Shown: positions 47,978 through 57,087, counted from the first letter of the stretch. The stretch is DNA of 64,000 bases from Candidatus Anstonellaceae archaeon (GCA_038891055.1 JAWAEU010000004.1:18865-82864), one strand, 5' to 3'. Program-made: numbers and translations. Notes: generated by a model from the letters alone, not told the origin.

Positions 47978-48499
47978 TTAAATAATTTCTACTCCAAAAT
48001 TTTTCTTCACAAATTCTATCCCTTCCTCTTTTGTTATAAGATGTTTTTTAGAAATTTTAGACTTTTTGATTTTTTTGTTTTTTGTTCTCCATCCGCCCTT
48101 TCTTTTTAGAGAAACACAAACATCAAACCCAATTATACCGATTTTTGGATCGTATTTTATTCCTGGAAAATGAATGTATTCTGGTATTCCAAAAGAAAAA
48201 TTCCCAAATTTGTCAAAATTCTTTTTTGAGAGTTTAAACTCTTTTACTTTTAGTGCCTTTTTTAGAAATTCCACTGCCTCTTGATTTCTTAGAGTTACTT
48301 TTGTTCCAATAGGATCTCCTTTTTTAATATGAAAAACTGGATTTCTAACTTTTGCTAATGTCTCTACTGGTTTTCTAGAAGTAAGACGACTAAGTAATAA
48401 CTTAGCGTTTTCTAATTCTACTCCTGCCTGTCCAACACCTATATTTAGAGTAATCTTTTCAATTACTATCTGGCGCATTGGATTTTGTGTTTTGTCCAT
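47978..48499 (-). CDS. rpl5: 50S ribosomal protein uL5
   Basis: NPMR, NIGVG, FDKFGNFSFGI and YDPKIGI. Confidence 0.97.
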   Translation of the reverse strand: MDKTQNPMRQIVIEKITLNIGVGQAGVELENAKLLLSRLTSRKPVETLAKVRNPVFHIKKGDPIGTKVTLRNQEAVEFLKKALKVKEFKLSKKNFDKFGNFSFGIPEYIHFPGIKYDPKIGIIGFDVCVSLKRKGGWRTKNKKIKKSKISKKHLITKEEGIEFVKKNFGVEII

Positions 48500-48504
48500 A
48501 AAAA

Positions 48505-49206
48505 TCAACCACTAAATTCATTATCTATTACCATGATATAATTGAGAGAGGTTAAAATTTCTTTTTTGTCTTTATCTTCTAAAACTGCAATCGAACCCAT
48601 CGAACCCCTCTGCTCTACTATGTTTTTTAGTATAGCGAATTTTCCAGCATGCTTGCCTTTAAATATATAACAATTTGCACCTGTTTGCAATTTTATAAGA
48701 TTTACAAGTTTGTAGTGTGGAAGTGAAATTTTTACACTATCTCCAACTTTTACATTATTGTCTGCAAGGATATTTTTGCCATCATGTAGCGAAATGGAAA
48801 TTCTTCCCTTTTTAATCACATGTTTACCAATTACTTTGCAGTATTTAACAGTGGATTTAGAAATCTCATTTGCTTTTAATTTTCCATTTATTATCTCCAT
48901 TCGCCAAAATTTATTTAGTGGTTTAATTTCTATTATATCTAAAAAGCCAATTGGTCTTTTTGGATCCTTTGAAACTCTTCCATCTACTAATACATAGCCT
49001 TTCTTTATTAATTTTCTTGCTTCAGAGAAATCTTTAGCTAAACCTAATTCATCTCTGATTAAAACAGCCAGGGCTAAAGACTCTTTCTTTGGATGAGGAC
49101 CTGCCCTAGGAGAAACTAAAAACACTTTTTGCTTCTTTTTTCTAATAGGCAGAACAGATTTAACCGCTATTCTCTTTAAATGATAAGACTTACCTTTTTT
49201 TGCCAT
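48505..49206 (-). CDS. rps4e: 30S ribosomal protein eS4
   Basis: HLKR, AGPH, VDGR and LHDGKN. Confidence 0.95.
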   Translation of the reverse strand: MAKKGKSYHLKRIAVKSVLPIRKKKQKVFLVSPRAGPHPKKESLALAVLIRDELGLAKDFSEARKLIKKGYVLVDGRVSKDPKRPIGFLDIIEIKPLNKFWRMEIINGKLKANEISKSTVKYCKVIGKHVIKKGRISISLHDGKNILADNNVKVGDSVKISLPHYKLVNLIKLQTGANCYIFKGKHAGKFAILKNIVEQRGSMGSIAVLEDKDKKEILTSLNYIMVIDNEFSG

Positions 49207-49207
49207 T

Positions 49208-49588
49208 TTATTCACCTACTTTTTCTTCTTTTACGTTAGTTGTTTTTTCCCCTTCTTTTTCAGAAGGCTTTAGGATTTTTTCAATCAATCTTACTGCAGC
49301 TGGTCTTAGTGGGAATAATTTTTCCACTCCCCTCGAATTTTTTATAGTTATTCCTTCTACAAATAATCTTAACTTTTTATAATCAACTTCTATTACAGAT
49401 CCTGTTTTTCCTTTGAATTTTCCTTTTATTATTTTTACTTTATCTCCTTTTTTTATGGTCAGAGATCTTTTACCAACTTTTTGAGCTAGCTCTTTTGCTA
49501 AACGCACTTTTAAAAATTTTTTTCTAATATGTAGAGGAGCATTAAAAAATGCTTTTCTTTGTTTTCTTGGTTGTTTTGAGCAAGTCAT
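49208..49588 (-). CDS. rpl24: 50S ribosomal protein uL24
   Basis: SKQPRKQRK, APLH and KOW motif GDKVKII.GKFKG. Confidence 0.96.
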   Translation of the reverse strand: MTCSKQPRKQRKAFFNAPLHIRKKFLKVRLAKELAQKVGKRSLTIKKGDKVKIIKGKFKGKTGSVIEVDYKKLRLFVEGITIKNSRGVEKLFPLRPAAVRLIEKILKPSEKEGEKTTNVKEEKVGE

Positions 49589-49601
49589 AAAATCACCAAA
49601 T

Positions 49602-50000
49602 TTATACTACACCTGAGGCAATTGCAGCTACTTTTGGAAATCTTTCTGCAACTTCTCTTGCTATCACTCCTTTGACCTCAGTGCCTACTGGTAAGCCATT
49701 TTCATCAATAATCACAGCAGCATTATCTTCAAAGCAAATTCTCATTCCATTTGGCCTTCTATACATTTTTTTCTGTCTTACTATCAGTCCTCTAAGAACT
49801 TTTCCTTTCACTTTTGATTCTCCTTTTTTTACTGAAACTACTACTACATCTCCAACCCCTGCTTTTGGATACATGCTATGATGAGCCTTTGCTCCCTTCA
49901 CTCCTATTATTTGTACTATTTTTGCACCTGAATTATCTGCACAAACTAAAGTTGAGCCTATGTGCAATGCTTTTGTAATTTTTGAGCCTAAACCTTTCAT
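49602..50000 (-). CDS. rpl14: 50S ribosomal protein uL14
   Basis: CADNSGAK and FEDNAAVI. Confidence 0.97.
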   Translation of the reverse strand: MKGLGSKITKALHIGSTLVCADNSGAKIVQIIGVKGAKAHHSMYPKAGVGDVVVVSVKKGESKVKGKVLRGLIVRQKKMYRRPNGMRICFEDNAAVIIDENGLPVGTEVKGVIAREVAERFPKVAAIASGVV

Positions 50001-50021
50001 AACAAACACCCTATGAATTAT

Positions 50022-50447
50022 CTACTTTTTGGTTTTTTGCTCTGTTTGTGGTTCTGTGATTTCTTTGTTTTTATCTTCCTTTGATTCTCTTTCTGCAAAA
50101 CCACCATGTTTTTTCATATGTAGTACTTGAGCTTCGTCCCTTTCTTTAACTTGGCCTGGTAATAAATGACCTGGACCTTTCTTTAATATTTTAGTCACTA
50201 TCCACGCTTTTGTTTTTGAAATTTTTCTACATTCTGCAATTTGAACGACATCACCAACCTGTGCATTGATATTTTCTGGATTGTGAGCTGCTATTTTTGA
50301 AATTTTTCTTGCATATCTTTGATATTTTGGAATATATGAAACTAAGTCTCTCTGGACAATAACTGTTTTCTTTGCCTTATCTGAAACAACTACCCCAGAT
50401 AATATCAAACCCCTTGTGGGATAGATTCCTTTTCTTTTTTTTGCCAT
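50022..50447 (-). CDS. rps17: 30S ribosomal protein uS17
   Basis: GVVVSDK, PKYQRY, AHNP and ECRKISKTK. Confidence 0.95.
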   Translation of the reverse strand: MAKKRKGIYPTRGLILSGVVVSDKAKKTVIVQRDLVSYIPKYQRYARKISKIAAHNPENINAQVGDVVQIAECRKISKTKAWIVTKILKKGPGHLLPGQVKERDEAQVLHMKKHGGFAERESKEDKNKEITEPQTEQKTKK

Positions 50448-50707
50448 ACTCTCAACCAACTTTTATACAATTTTTTTATTCTATCTTCTGGCCTACAAAT
50501 GGCCAATGAAAGATTTAATATATGATTTTTATGTTTTAATACCAAACCTTTTTTTGGTAGGATCAAATCTTTATTTTTTGTTCTAAGTACGACAGTATTT
50601 AGAGTTTCAAATATTATTTTTCCCCTTTTACCTACTAACAAAATGTTTGGACTAGAGATTACTTTCACATCTAAGCCTATCCAGTTTTTTAACATTATCT
50701 CATCCAT
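50405..50707 (-). CDS. rnp1: RNase P protein component 1 (Rpp29)
   Basis: IGLDVKV, GKIIFETLN, PK and RPEDRIK; synteny. Confidence 0.88.
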   Translation of the reverse strand: MDEIMLKNWIGLDVKVISSPNILLVGKRGKIIFETLNTVVLRTKNKDLILPKKGLVLKHKNHILNLSLAICRPEDRIKKLYKSWLRVWQKKEKESIPQGV

Positions 50708-51018
50708 TAATTTATAACCTCCTTTTTTATTTCTATTGAATCTGCTAAATAACCCATAGAAACCAATATTTCTTTAATTTTTGAAATATGATTTCCTTGA
50801 AGCACAATTAAACCTTCTTTCACTGTTCCGCCACAAGCTAATTTATTTTTTAATTCTTTGGCTGTTTGCTCTAATTTATCTTTTTCTACACCCTCCACAA
50901 TAGTGACTAATTTTTTGAATTTCTTTTTTGTCGCATAAACTTTTAATCTAATATTTTGTTTTTCTATTGCATCTGAGACAATCTCTTTCATTAGGTCATC
51001 TTGCAATATATTTCCCAC
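50707..51018 (-). CDS. Translation initiation factor aIF1 (SUI1)
   Basis: KLVTIVEG, LKNKLACGGTVK and LQGNH. Confidence 0.92.
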   Translation of the reverse strand: MGNILQDDLMKEIVSDAIEKQNIRLKVYATKKKFKKLVTIVEGVEKDKLEQTAKELKNKLACGGTVKEGLIVLQGNHISKIKEILVSMGYLADSIEIKKEVIN

Positions 51019-51024
51019 TACTTT

Positions 51025-51243
51025 TCACCCCTCTTTATTTTTTATTTTCATTTTTTTATTTAATAGAGTTAAAATTCTTGCTATTGTTTTTTTAATCTCT
51101 CGAATTTTACCTGGACTTTGTACCTTTGCTTTTGCAAAAATTTTACCTCTCTCTAAATTTAGCTCCTTTTTTAACTCGTCCAATTTTGAGACCAACATAT
51201 TTTCATCCATCTTTTTTAGTTCTGATTTTTTTATAATTGCCAT
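51025..51243 (-). CDS. rpl29: 50S ribosomal protein uL29
   Basis: PGKIREIKKTIARILT. Confidence 0.95.
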   Translation of the reverse strand: MAIIKKSELKKMDENMLVSKLDELKKELNLERGKIFAKAKVQSPGKIREIKKTIARILTLLNKKMKIKNKEG

Positions 51244-51252
51244 AAAATCACT

Positions 51253-51990
51253 CTATTTTTTTCTTTTTGATAATTTGAATGGAGAATCCTCAGACTCTTG
51301 TTTATTCTCAACACTTGCGGAAGTTTTGGATTTAAAGGCCTGAGGCTGTGCCTCATCAATATCTGCAGCTTGTTTGATAACATTTGGAATTTCAATCTTT
51401 TTATCTGGGCTTTTATCTGGGAAAACGGTGCCTGGAGGAACAATTGAAACTCGCACTCCAATTGCACCAGGTTTTGGATATGCTGTAACATGAGCAGTTT
51501 TTACCAATCTGGTAGGTTCTCCTGCTTTTGGAATATAACCAGCTGAAACTCTTAGTGCTTTTGCTCTTCCTCCTTTTGCAGTTAATTTTCCAGCTATAAC
51601 GATCTCTCCTCCAAGAGCACCTGCATTCATAATATCTCTTAGAGCAGCATGTAAAACAACTCTTGGTTTTTTACCGCTTTCTATGAATTTTGCTATTTTT
51701 TTTGCAATTAATCTTGGTTCTAGGGCTGGATTCTTTGCTTCTGTCACTGAAATTTGGGGGTTTTCGATATTAAACCTTTTTGTCAATTCCTCGGTTAAAT
51801 CTTTAATTGTCTTTCCTTTTCTTCCAATGACTCTACCTGGATTTGCTACTATTAAATTTACTCTAGTTAGCATAGGAGTCCTTTGAATATCTACATCTAT
51901 AAAGCCAGCTTTATCTAACTCCTCTTCTAAAAACCTAGCAACCAGATACTTTATAAGTGCATCTTTGATAAATTGTTTTTCAACAACCAT
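51253..51990 (-). CDS. rps3: 30S ribosomal protein uS3
   Basis: PGRVIGRKG KH motif, GALGGEI.IAGKL. Confidence 0.96.
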   Translation of the reverse strand: MVVEKQFIKDALIKYLVARFLEEELDKAGFIDVDIQRTPMLTRVNLIVANPGRVIGRKGKTIKDLTEELTKRFNIENPQISVTEAKNPALEPRLIAKKIAKFIESGKKPRVVLHAALRDIMNAGALGGEIVIAGKLTAKGGRAKALRVSAGYIPKAGEPTRLVKTAHVTAYPKPGAIGVRVSIVPPGTVFPDKSPDKKIEIPNVIKQAADIDEAQPQAFKSKTSASVENKQESEDSPFKLSKRKK

Positions 51991-52674
51991 CTACTCACCA
52001 TATTTTTGCTCTTTAATTACTTCTGAAAATTTTTTTGCTTTTGAATTAACATCAGAAGAACTAACTTTTTTCTCTTGAGCTTTAGGCTCAGCAGATTTCT
52101 CTAATTCTTTTTTGTTTTCTTCTAAATTCTGTGTTGGCTGTTGTTCTTTTTCAGATTTCATTGTGCTCTCAATTTCTTTTTTATTTTCTTTTTTATTTTC
52201 CTCTTTTCTTTCTTTTTTTGCAGGTGGTTGCTTTATTTCTCTTAGCACAATTTCTACAAATGCAGTCTCAAGGTCATGTCTAATTCTTCTTCCCTTTGGT
52301 GCCAATCTTCTATAGATGTGTTGTTTGTTTGCAACTGCATGTACAACTCTACACTCCCCCAAGCCCTTTGCAGATGCATTTGATATAGCGTTTTTTAATA
52401 CTTCTAATACTATTTTTACTGATTTGACTGGGTAGCCTCCCTTTTTTCCTCCTAAAGCCCTAAGATGTCCCCTTCTTTTGTTGTGCTTAAAATATCTAAT
52501 TGGCCTTTTTTTTGCTGCTGCTTCTTCTAAAAATTTTAGTGCTGCAAAAGCGTTTCTATTTTTGATATTTGCACAAACATTTGCCAAATCTTTAAAACTG
52601 GCGTTAATATCTTCTCTTCTTGCAAAAGCAAGTTTTTCATCAGGACTTTTTGGAATATAATTATACTTTGCCAT
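51991..52674 (-). CDS. rpl22: 50S ribosomal protein uL22 with charged C-terminal tail
   Basis: ASFKD, GYPVK and LKNAISNA; synteny. Confidence 0.94.
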   Translation of the reverse strand: MAKYNYIPKSPDEKLAFARREDINASFKDLANVCANIKNRNAFAALKFLEEAAAKKRPIRYFKHNKRRGHLRALGGKKGGYPVKSVKIVLEVLKNAISNASAKGLGECRVVHAVANKQHIYRRLAPKGRRIRHDLETAFVEIVLREIKQPPAKKERKEENKKENKKEIESTMKSEKEQQPTQNLEENKKELEKSAEPKAQEKKVSSSDVNSKAKKFSEVIKEQKYGE

Positions 52675-52686
52675 AAATATCCTCCT

Positions 52687-53091
52687 TTATTTGAGTGGAA
52701 TGTACTTAGAGCCTCTGGTTGCTCCAATACCAGGCCCTGCATGGATAACTCTCCCTGTTGTATATGCAAAATCTCCTAACCTATAACCTATTTTGTCGAT
52801 TGTAATTTCTACTGGTTTAAATTCTTTTCCATTATGCACTGCAAATTTTAAACCCAGCCAGTTTGGCAAAATTGGAGCTTCTCTAACATGAGTTCGAATT
52901 GGCTTTTGAATTTTTAGTTTTTTATATTTTTCCACTTTTTGAATTAATTTTTTTAATTGAACATTTGTGCCTTTTAGTGCCCTCTTCACTGCTCTTCTTG
53001 CTCTACTTTTTAGCAGGGGCAAACATTCCTCTATTGACAATGATTGCAAAGTTTTTGCATCCAATCCTCTGTAAGTTGGAATATATACCAT
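52687..53091 (-). CDS. rps19: 30S ribosomal protein uS19
   Basis: IRTHVR, VHNGKEF and PGIGATRGSKYIPLK. Confidence 0.97.
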   Translation of the reverse strand: MVYIPTYRGLDAKTLQSLSIEECLPLLKSRARRAVKRALKGTNVQLKKLIQKVEKYKKLKIQKPIRTHVREAPILPNWLGLKFAVHNGKEFKPVEITIDKIGYRLGDFAYTTGRVIHAGPGIGATRGSKYIPLK

Positions 53092-53106
53092 TCTCTCCCA
53101 CCTCTA

Positions 53107-53850
53107 TCAATTTTGATTTATTAGTTTTGCTTTTCTTCTTCCAGTAGATTTTGCAGCAATATGACCTACTTTTCTTCCTGGAGGAGCACCTCGTGAAGTT
53201 GCTGAGCCTCTTCCTTTGTGGTGTTGCTTTCCACCAAATGGATGATTATATGCATTCATTTTTACTCCTCTATTTACTGGCCATTTTCTATTTTGAGCAT
53301 GTTTTTTGTAAAAGTTTGCCGAAGCTTTTAGTAGTGGCATCTCCAGTCTTCCACCACCACATATTACTCCAAGTTGAGCTCTACAATTTTCATCTAAGAC
53401 GATTGTTTTTTTAGAAGGTAATTTCACATAAGCTTTTTTATTTTCTTTTGAAATCAAGATTGCATAGCTTCCAGGAGCTCTCACAAATTTTCCACCATCC
53501 CCTGGAGTTTTTTCAATATTGTAGATATAAAAACCGTCTGGGATTTTGCTTAGTGGCAAAATCGAGCCTTTTTCTATTTTTGCATTATAACCAGAATAGA
53601 TTTTATCTCCAATTGCTATTCCTTCAGGTGCGAGAGTATATATCTCTTCTTTAGTAGTAAATTGTACCCTCATCACAAGTGCATGGTGGGCAGGGTCATC
53701 TATAAATTCTTTTACTTCCCCCTCCACAAACGAAGTTTTTTCTATCTCATCTAATTTTCTAAAAGAGACTTTAGCTTTATAGCGATGAGAAGGTGCGGCA
53801 TAAGCCACAGAGCCTTTTCCTCTCCTCTGTTGTTTTAGAAGCTTTCCCAT
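53107..53850 (-). CDS. rpl2: 50S ribosomal protein uL2
   Basis: PGDGGKFVRA, RGVKMNAYNHPFGG and PPGRKVGHIAA. Confidence 0.97.
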   Translation of the reverse strand: MGKLLKQQRRGKGSVAYAAPSHRYKAKVSFRKLDEIEKTSFVEGEVKEFIDDPAHHALVMRVQFTTKEEIYTLAPEGIAIGDKIYSGYNAKIEKGSILPLSKIPDGFYIYNIEKTPGDGGKFVRAPGSYAILISKENKKAYVKLPSKKTIVLDENCRAQLGVICGGGRLEMPLLKASANFYKKHAQNRKWPVNRGVKMNAYNHPFGGKQHHKGRGSATSRGAPPGRKVGHIAAKSTGRRKAKLINQN

Positions 53851-53860
53851 ATTTTTCCCC

Positions 53861-54271
53861 TCAAATCATCTTAAGTTGCATTGCTATATCATCTGCCCTT
53901 CCTTCTTTTAGCTTAATATAGGCATATTTTATTCCTTTTGGACTAATTTTTGTGTTCACTTTTTTTACTTTCACTCTAAATAGCCTTTCAAATTCTTCTT
54001 TTATTTGCTTTTTTGTGCTATTGAGTTTAACTGCAAAAACTAATTGATTTAAAGTTTCTATATTACTAATTACTTTTTCAGTGGTGATAGGAAACAAAAG
54101 GACATTATAGCTGGAGGAAAGTAAATTTGATTGGGCTGTATTTGTAGATTTTTGTTCTTTTGTTGATTGGAGATTAGTAGTAGAAGTAGTAGGTAAATCT
54201 TTCTTTGCAGTCAAATTCTCTTTTGATTTTTTTTCTTTATTTAATTTTTTTGCACTTTGTTTAGATTCCAT
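53861..54271 (-). CDS. rpl23: 50S ribosomal protein uL23 with N-terminal extension
   Basis: PITTEK, NQLVFAV, KVNT and KYAYIKL. Confidence 0.94.
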   Translation of the reverse strand: MESKQSAKKLNKEKKSKENLTAKKDLPTTSTTNLQSTKEQKSTNTAQSNLLSSSYNVLLFPITTEKVISNIETLNQLVFAVKLNSTKKQIKEEFERLFRVKVKKVNTKISPKGIKYAYIKLKEGRADDIAMQLKMI

Positions 54272-54275
54272 AAAA

Positions 54276-55091
54276 TCAACCCATTAAATTTTTTGAAATT
54301 TTTTGGCTTAAAGTCTCCAATGCTTTTTTTGTTATTACCAAAAGCCTCCCTGGGTGGGTACCTGGTGCTAAATCTACTACTCTAAGATCTTTACTCTCTA
54401 CAACATCTACTCCTGGCAAATTTTTGGAAGCTTTTGCAACTGGAGAAGAAATATTTTCTACAACTACTAAAAGAGATTTTGGAGTCTTTTTACCTCCCTT
54501 TCTTCTTCTCACTCCACTAACAACTTTTGTTTTTTGTTTTGCTCTTAAAATATCTTCACCTACACCAATAGCAGAAAATAAATTGTAAGCCTCAGAAGTT
54601 TTCTTTATTCCTTCCTCTGATTCTAAAACGACTGGAAGAGTTAAGTCTTTTTTGAATTTATGACCTCTTTTGAGAGCTAGATGGGAATTAGTACATGCAG
54701 CTAATGCGCTCATCAATGCTTTTGTATATTCCTTTTTGTTAATTTTTTCTATAATTTTCTTTTCAACTTTTGGAGGATGGGCCCTTCTACCTTTCACTGC
54801 TGAAGGAATCCTTCGCACTTTTCCCCAATTTCCTTTTGGTAAAACTTCTCTTGGTAGACGAGCCTGACCTCTGTTTTTTAAAGAGCCATAGTCCCCTTTT
54901 CTTCCTCGATATTTTGCAGAGGTTTGTAAACCTGCGTAAATATAATTTCCTTTTGGCTGATAGAGCTTTGTTTGATCAGCTATAGCTGCCCTTGCAATTA
55001 GATAGAAATTTATTTTGGAAGAAAAAAATTCTGGCAACTCTATTTGTTCAATTTCTTTTCCATCTATAGAATATAGAGGTACTTTTACCAT
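54276..55091 (-). CDS. rpl4: 50S ribosomal protein uL4
   Basis: GRRAHPPK, NLPGVDV and LAPGTHPGRL. Confidence 0.96.
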   Translation of the reverse strand: MVKVPLYSIDGKEIEQIELPEFFSSKINFYLIARAAIADQTKLYQPKGNYIYAGLQTSAKYRGRKGDYGSLKNRGQARLPREVLPKGNWGKVRRIPSAVKGRRAHPPKVEKKIIEKINKKEYTKALMSALAACTNSHLALKRGHKFKKDLTLPVVLESEEGIKKTSEAYNLFSAIGVGEDILRAKQKTKVVSGVRRRKGGKKTPKSLLVVVENISSPVAKASKNLPGVDVVESKDLRVVDLAPGTHPGRLLVITKKALETLSQKISKNLMG

Positions 55092-55102
55092 AAAATCAAC
55101 TT

Positions 55103-56038
55103 TTATAATAATACTACATTTTGAGGTGTTTTAATAGGAAGAGAAATTTTTCTAACAGCTTTTCTTAGTCTAATTAATCTTTTTTTTGGCCCTGGAATTG
55201 AACCTTTTATCACTAGACAGTCGTTTTTTGCCACTCCATAATGAGGATAGCCACCCTTTATATTTGCTTCTGTTGGAGAAGAAATCTTCAATAACCTCAA
55301 ATTATAGTTAAATCTTTTGTGATAACCCATCTGGCCTGCCATTGGAACTGTATAAAATACTGCTGCATAGCCAAATGCACCAAGAGTACCAACATGCCTT
55401 CGCTTTCCTGTTGCCTTTGGCCTTTGGATAGAAACCCCAAACCTCTTTACAGCACCTTGCCAGCCTTTTCCTTTAGTTATCGCAACTACATCTACATATT
55501 CTCCTTCTTTTAAAACCTCACTTGCTTTAATTTCTTTTCCTAAAATAGATTGTGCATAGTTTAATTTTTCTTGGACTGATTTTCCACCTATTGCGATCAT
55601 CATTTTATCTATTTTCTTTTTTCCAAATCCACAGAGTTTTGGTTGGGTATATGCCAACACAAAAACATCGTCGACTTCTGATGGTTGTAGCGGGGTTGTA
55701 CTTTTTGGCTTTTTGATTTTTAATTCTTTTAAAATTTTTTGATCTGTAGTTAGCTGATCTCGCAAAACCTGATTGTTTTTAAATCCCCTAATTCCATAAA
55801 TTACAATTGGAGGTACTTCCACCACGGTTGCTGCAGTCACAATCTCGCTATTAGCAGTTGGAGAATTAGAATCATCTATAAATGAAACAGAGCGCATTCC
55901 AACTTTATAACCTGCAAAACCAAGTAAAGTAGGACTATCCACTTTGGGCCAAAAGTTTATTAGAGGCATCTGCCTTTTTGCTCTCTTTCTTGGCCTAAAT
56001 GCCAAAGAACCTTTACGAGGCCTGTTGCTTTTTGACAT
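55103..56038 (-). CDS. rpl3: 50S ribosomal protein uL3
   Basis: RKGSLAFRPRKRA, GFAGYKVGM, TKGKGWQG and GQMGYH. Confidence 0.97.
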   Translation of the reverse strand: MSKSNRPRKGSLAFRPRKRAKRQMPLINFWPKVDSPTLLGFAGYKVGMRSVSFIDDSNSPTANSEIVTAATVVEVPPIVIYGIRGFKNNQVLRDQLTTDQKILKELKIKKPKSTTPLQPSEVDDVFVLAYTQPKLCGFGKKKIDKMMIAIGGKSVQEKLNYAQSILGKEIKASEVLKEGEYVDVVAITKGKGWQGAVKRFGVSIQRPKATGKRRHVGTLGAFGYAAVFYTVPMAGQMGYHKRFNYNLRLLKISSPTEANIKGGYPHYGVAKNDCLVIKGSIPGPKKRLIRLRKAVRKISLPIKTPQNVVLL

Positions 56039-56183
56039 TTTTTCACCACTTTGCTACTATAGCCTAAATGAAAACTCCTCTTACTGCATGCCTTACCCTC
56101 CTCTTTCAGAGAGTAAAAAACATGCTAATAACGATTTTCTATCCTAAATGGATAGAAGTGTCGTCTCTAAAATAAAGAGACTT
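56039..56183 (-). promoter_or_regulatory. Structured 5' leader of the rpl3 operon (candidate ribosomal leader)
   Basis: Four stem-loops between a TATA-like TTTTAAAT (about 56207-56214) and the GGTGA SD. Confidence 0.6.
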
Positions 56184-56266
56184 AAAATAAAATATGAAAA
56201 CAAAGATTTAAAAATGTTACTGTGATTTAAGTTAGAGTTTTTAAAAGTAAGAATAATAATAAAAAT

Positions 56267-57007
56267 ATGCGATTGCTCTTAACACTAAAATCAAAAAAAG
56301 ATGCAGAATATGACCTGAGATATTATAATAAAGTCCATGGATTTATATACAATTTGCTTAAAAATACTCCATATCACTCCCTTCACAATAAACCTGGCTA
56401 TAAGTTTTTTTGTTTTTCTAATATTTTTCCTATTGGAGAAATAAAAGTGGGCGATTTGAGAAAATTTTTAATATCTTCACCAGATATACAGTTTATTCAC
56501 TTTTTAGAAGAAGAGCTGAATAAAAAAAATGAAGTTTTTATTGGAGAGTGGCACTTTAAAATAGAAGAAATAAAAAAAATTGAGCTAAAAATTCCAAACA
56601 AGATGAAACTAGTTACAGCCACGCCGTTAATAATAAGAATTCCTAAAAGAAAATATTCTGAATATAAAATTAATTCAACTAAGCCTTATCTTTTTTGGGA
56701 GCCTTACTTTCCATTTCAAAGTTTTATAAAGCAACTAGAAGAGAATTTAATTAAAAAATACAATCAATTTTATAAAACAAAAATTGAAGAATTTCCTATT
56801 TTTGAACAATTTGAATTTAAGAAAACTACAAAAAATTATATTGTTTTTAGAGGAAAAGAAGAAAAAATTTTTGGAAGTATATGGGAATTTATTTTTATTT
56901 CTCTTAAAAATAACGAAAAGAAAAAAAAACTTCTGAAATTTGCTATAGATTGTGGTTTTGGGGAAAGAAATACATATGGATTTGGATTTATAAATATTAA
57001 AAAGTAA
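56267..57007 (+). CDS. cas6: CRISPR-associated endoribonuclease Cas6
   Basis: GFIYNLL, LHNKPGYKFFCFS and G-rich loop GFGERNTYGFG. Confidence 0.95.
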   Translation: MRLLLTLKSKKDAEYDLRYYNKVHGFIYNLLKNTPYHSLHNKPGYKFFCFSNIFPIGEIKVGDLRKFLISSPDIQFIHFLEEELNKKNEVFIGEWHFKIEEIKKIELKIPNKMKLVTATPLIIRIPKRKYSEYKINSTKPYLFWEPYFPFQSFIKQLEENLIKKYNQFYKTKIEEFPIFEQFEFKKTTKNYIVFRGKEEKIFGSIWEFIFISLKNNEKKKKLLKFAIDCGFGERNTYGFGFINIKK

Positions 57008-57043
57008 TGCTTTTAGGTAAAAGTTGGACTAAAAAAATTTAAA

Positions 57044-57063
57044 CAATATTTATATAAATATTG
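57044..57063. promoter_or_regulatory. Perfect 20-bp palindrome containing a TATA box upstream of cas8
   Basis: CAATATTTAT/ATAAATATTG, 24 nt before the cas8 ATG. Confidence 0.6.
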
Positions 57064-57087
57064 AAAAAGAAATAAAAATGATTTTAT

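Noticed and set aside
57008-57087. creTA/CreR-like RNA between cas6 and cas8
   Set aside because: Only 80 bp, AT-rich, with no repeat-like or structured sequence other than the TATA palindrome.
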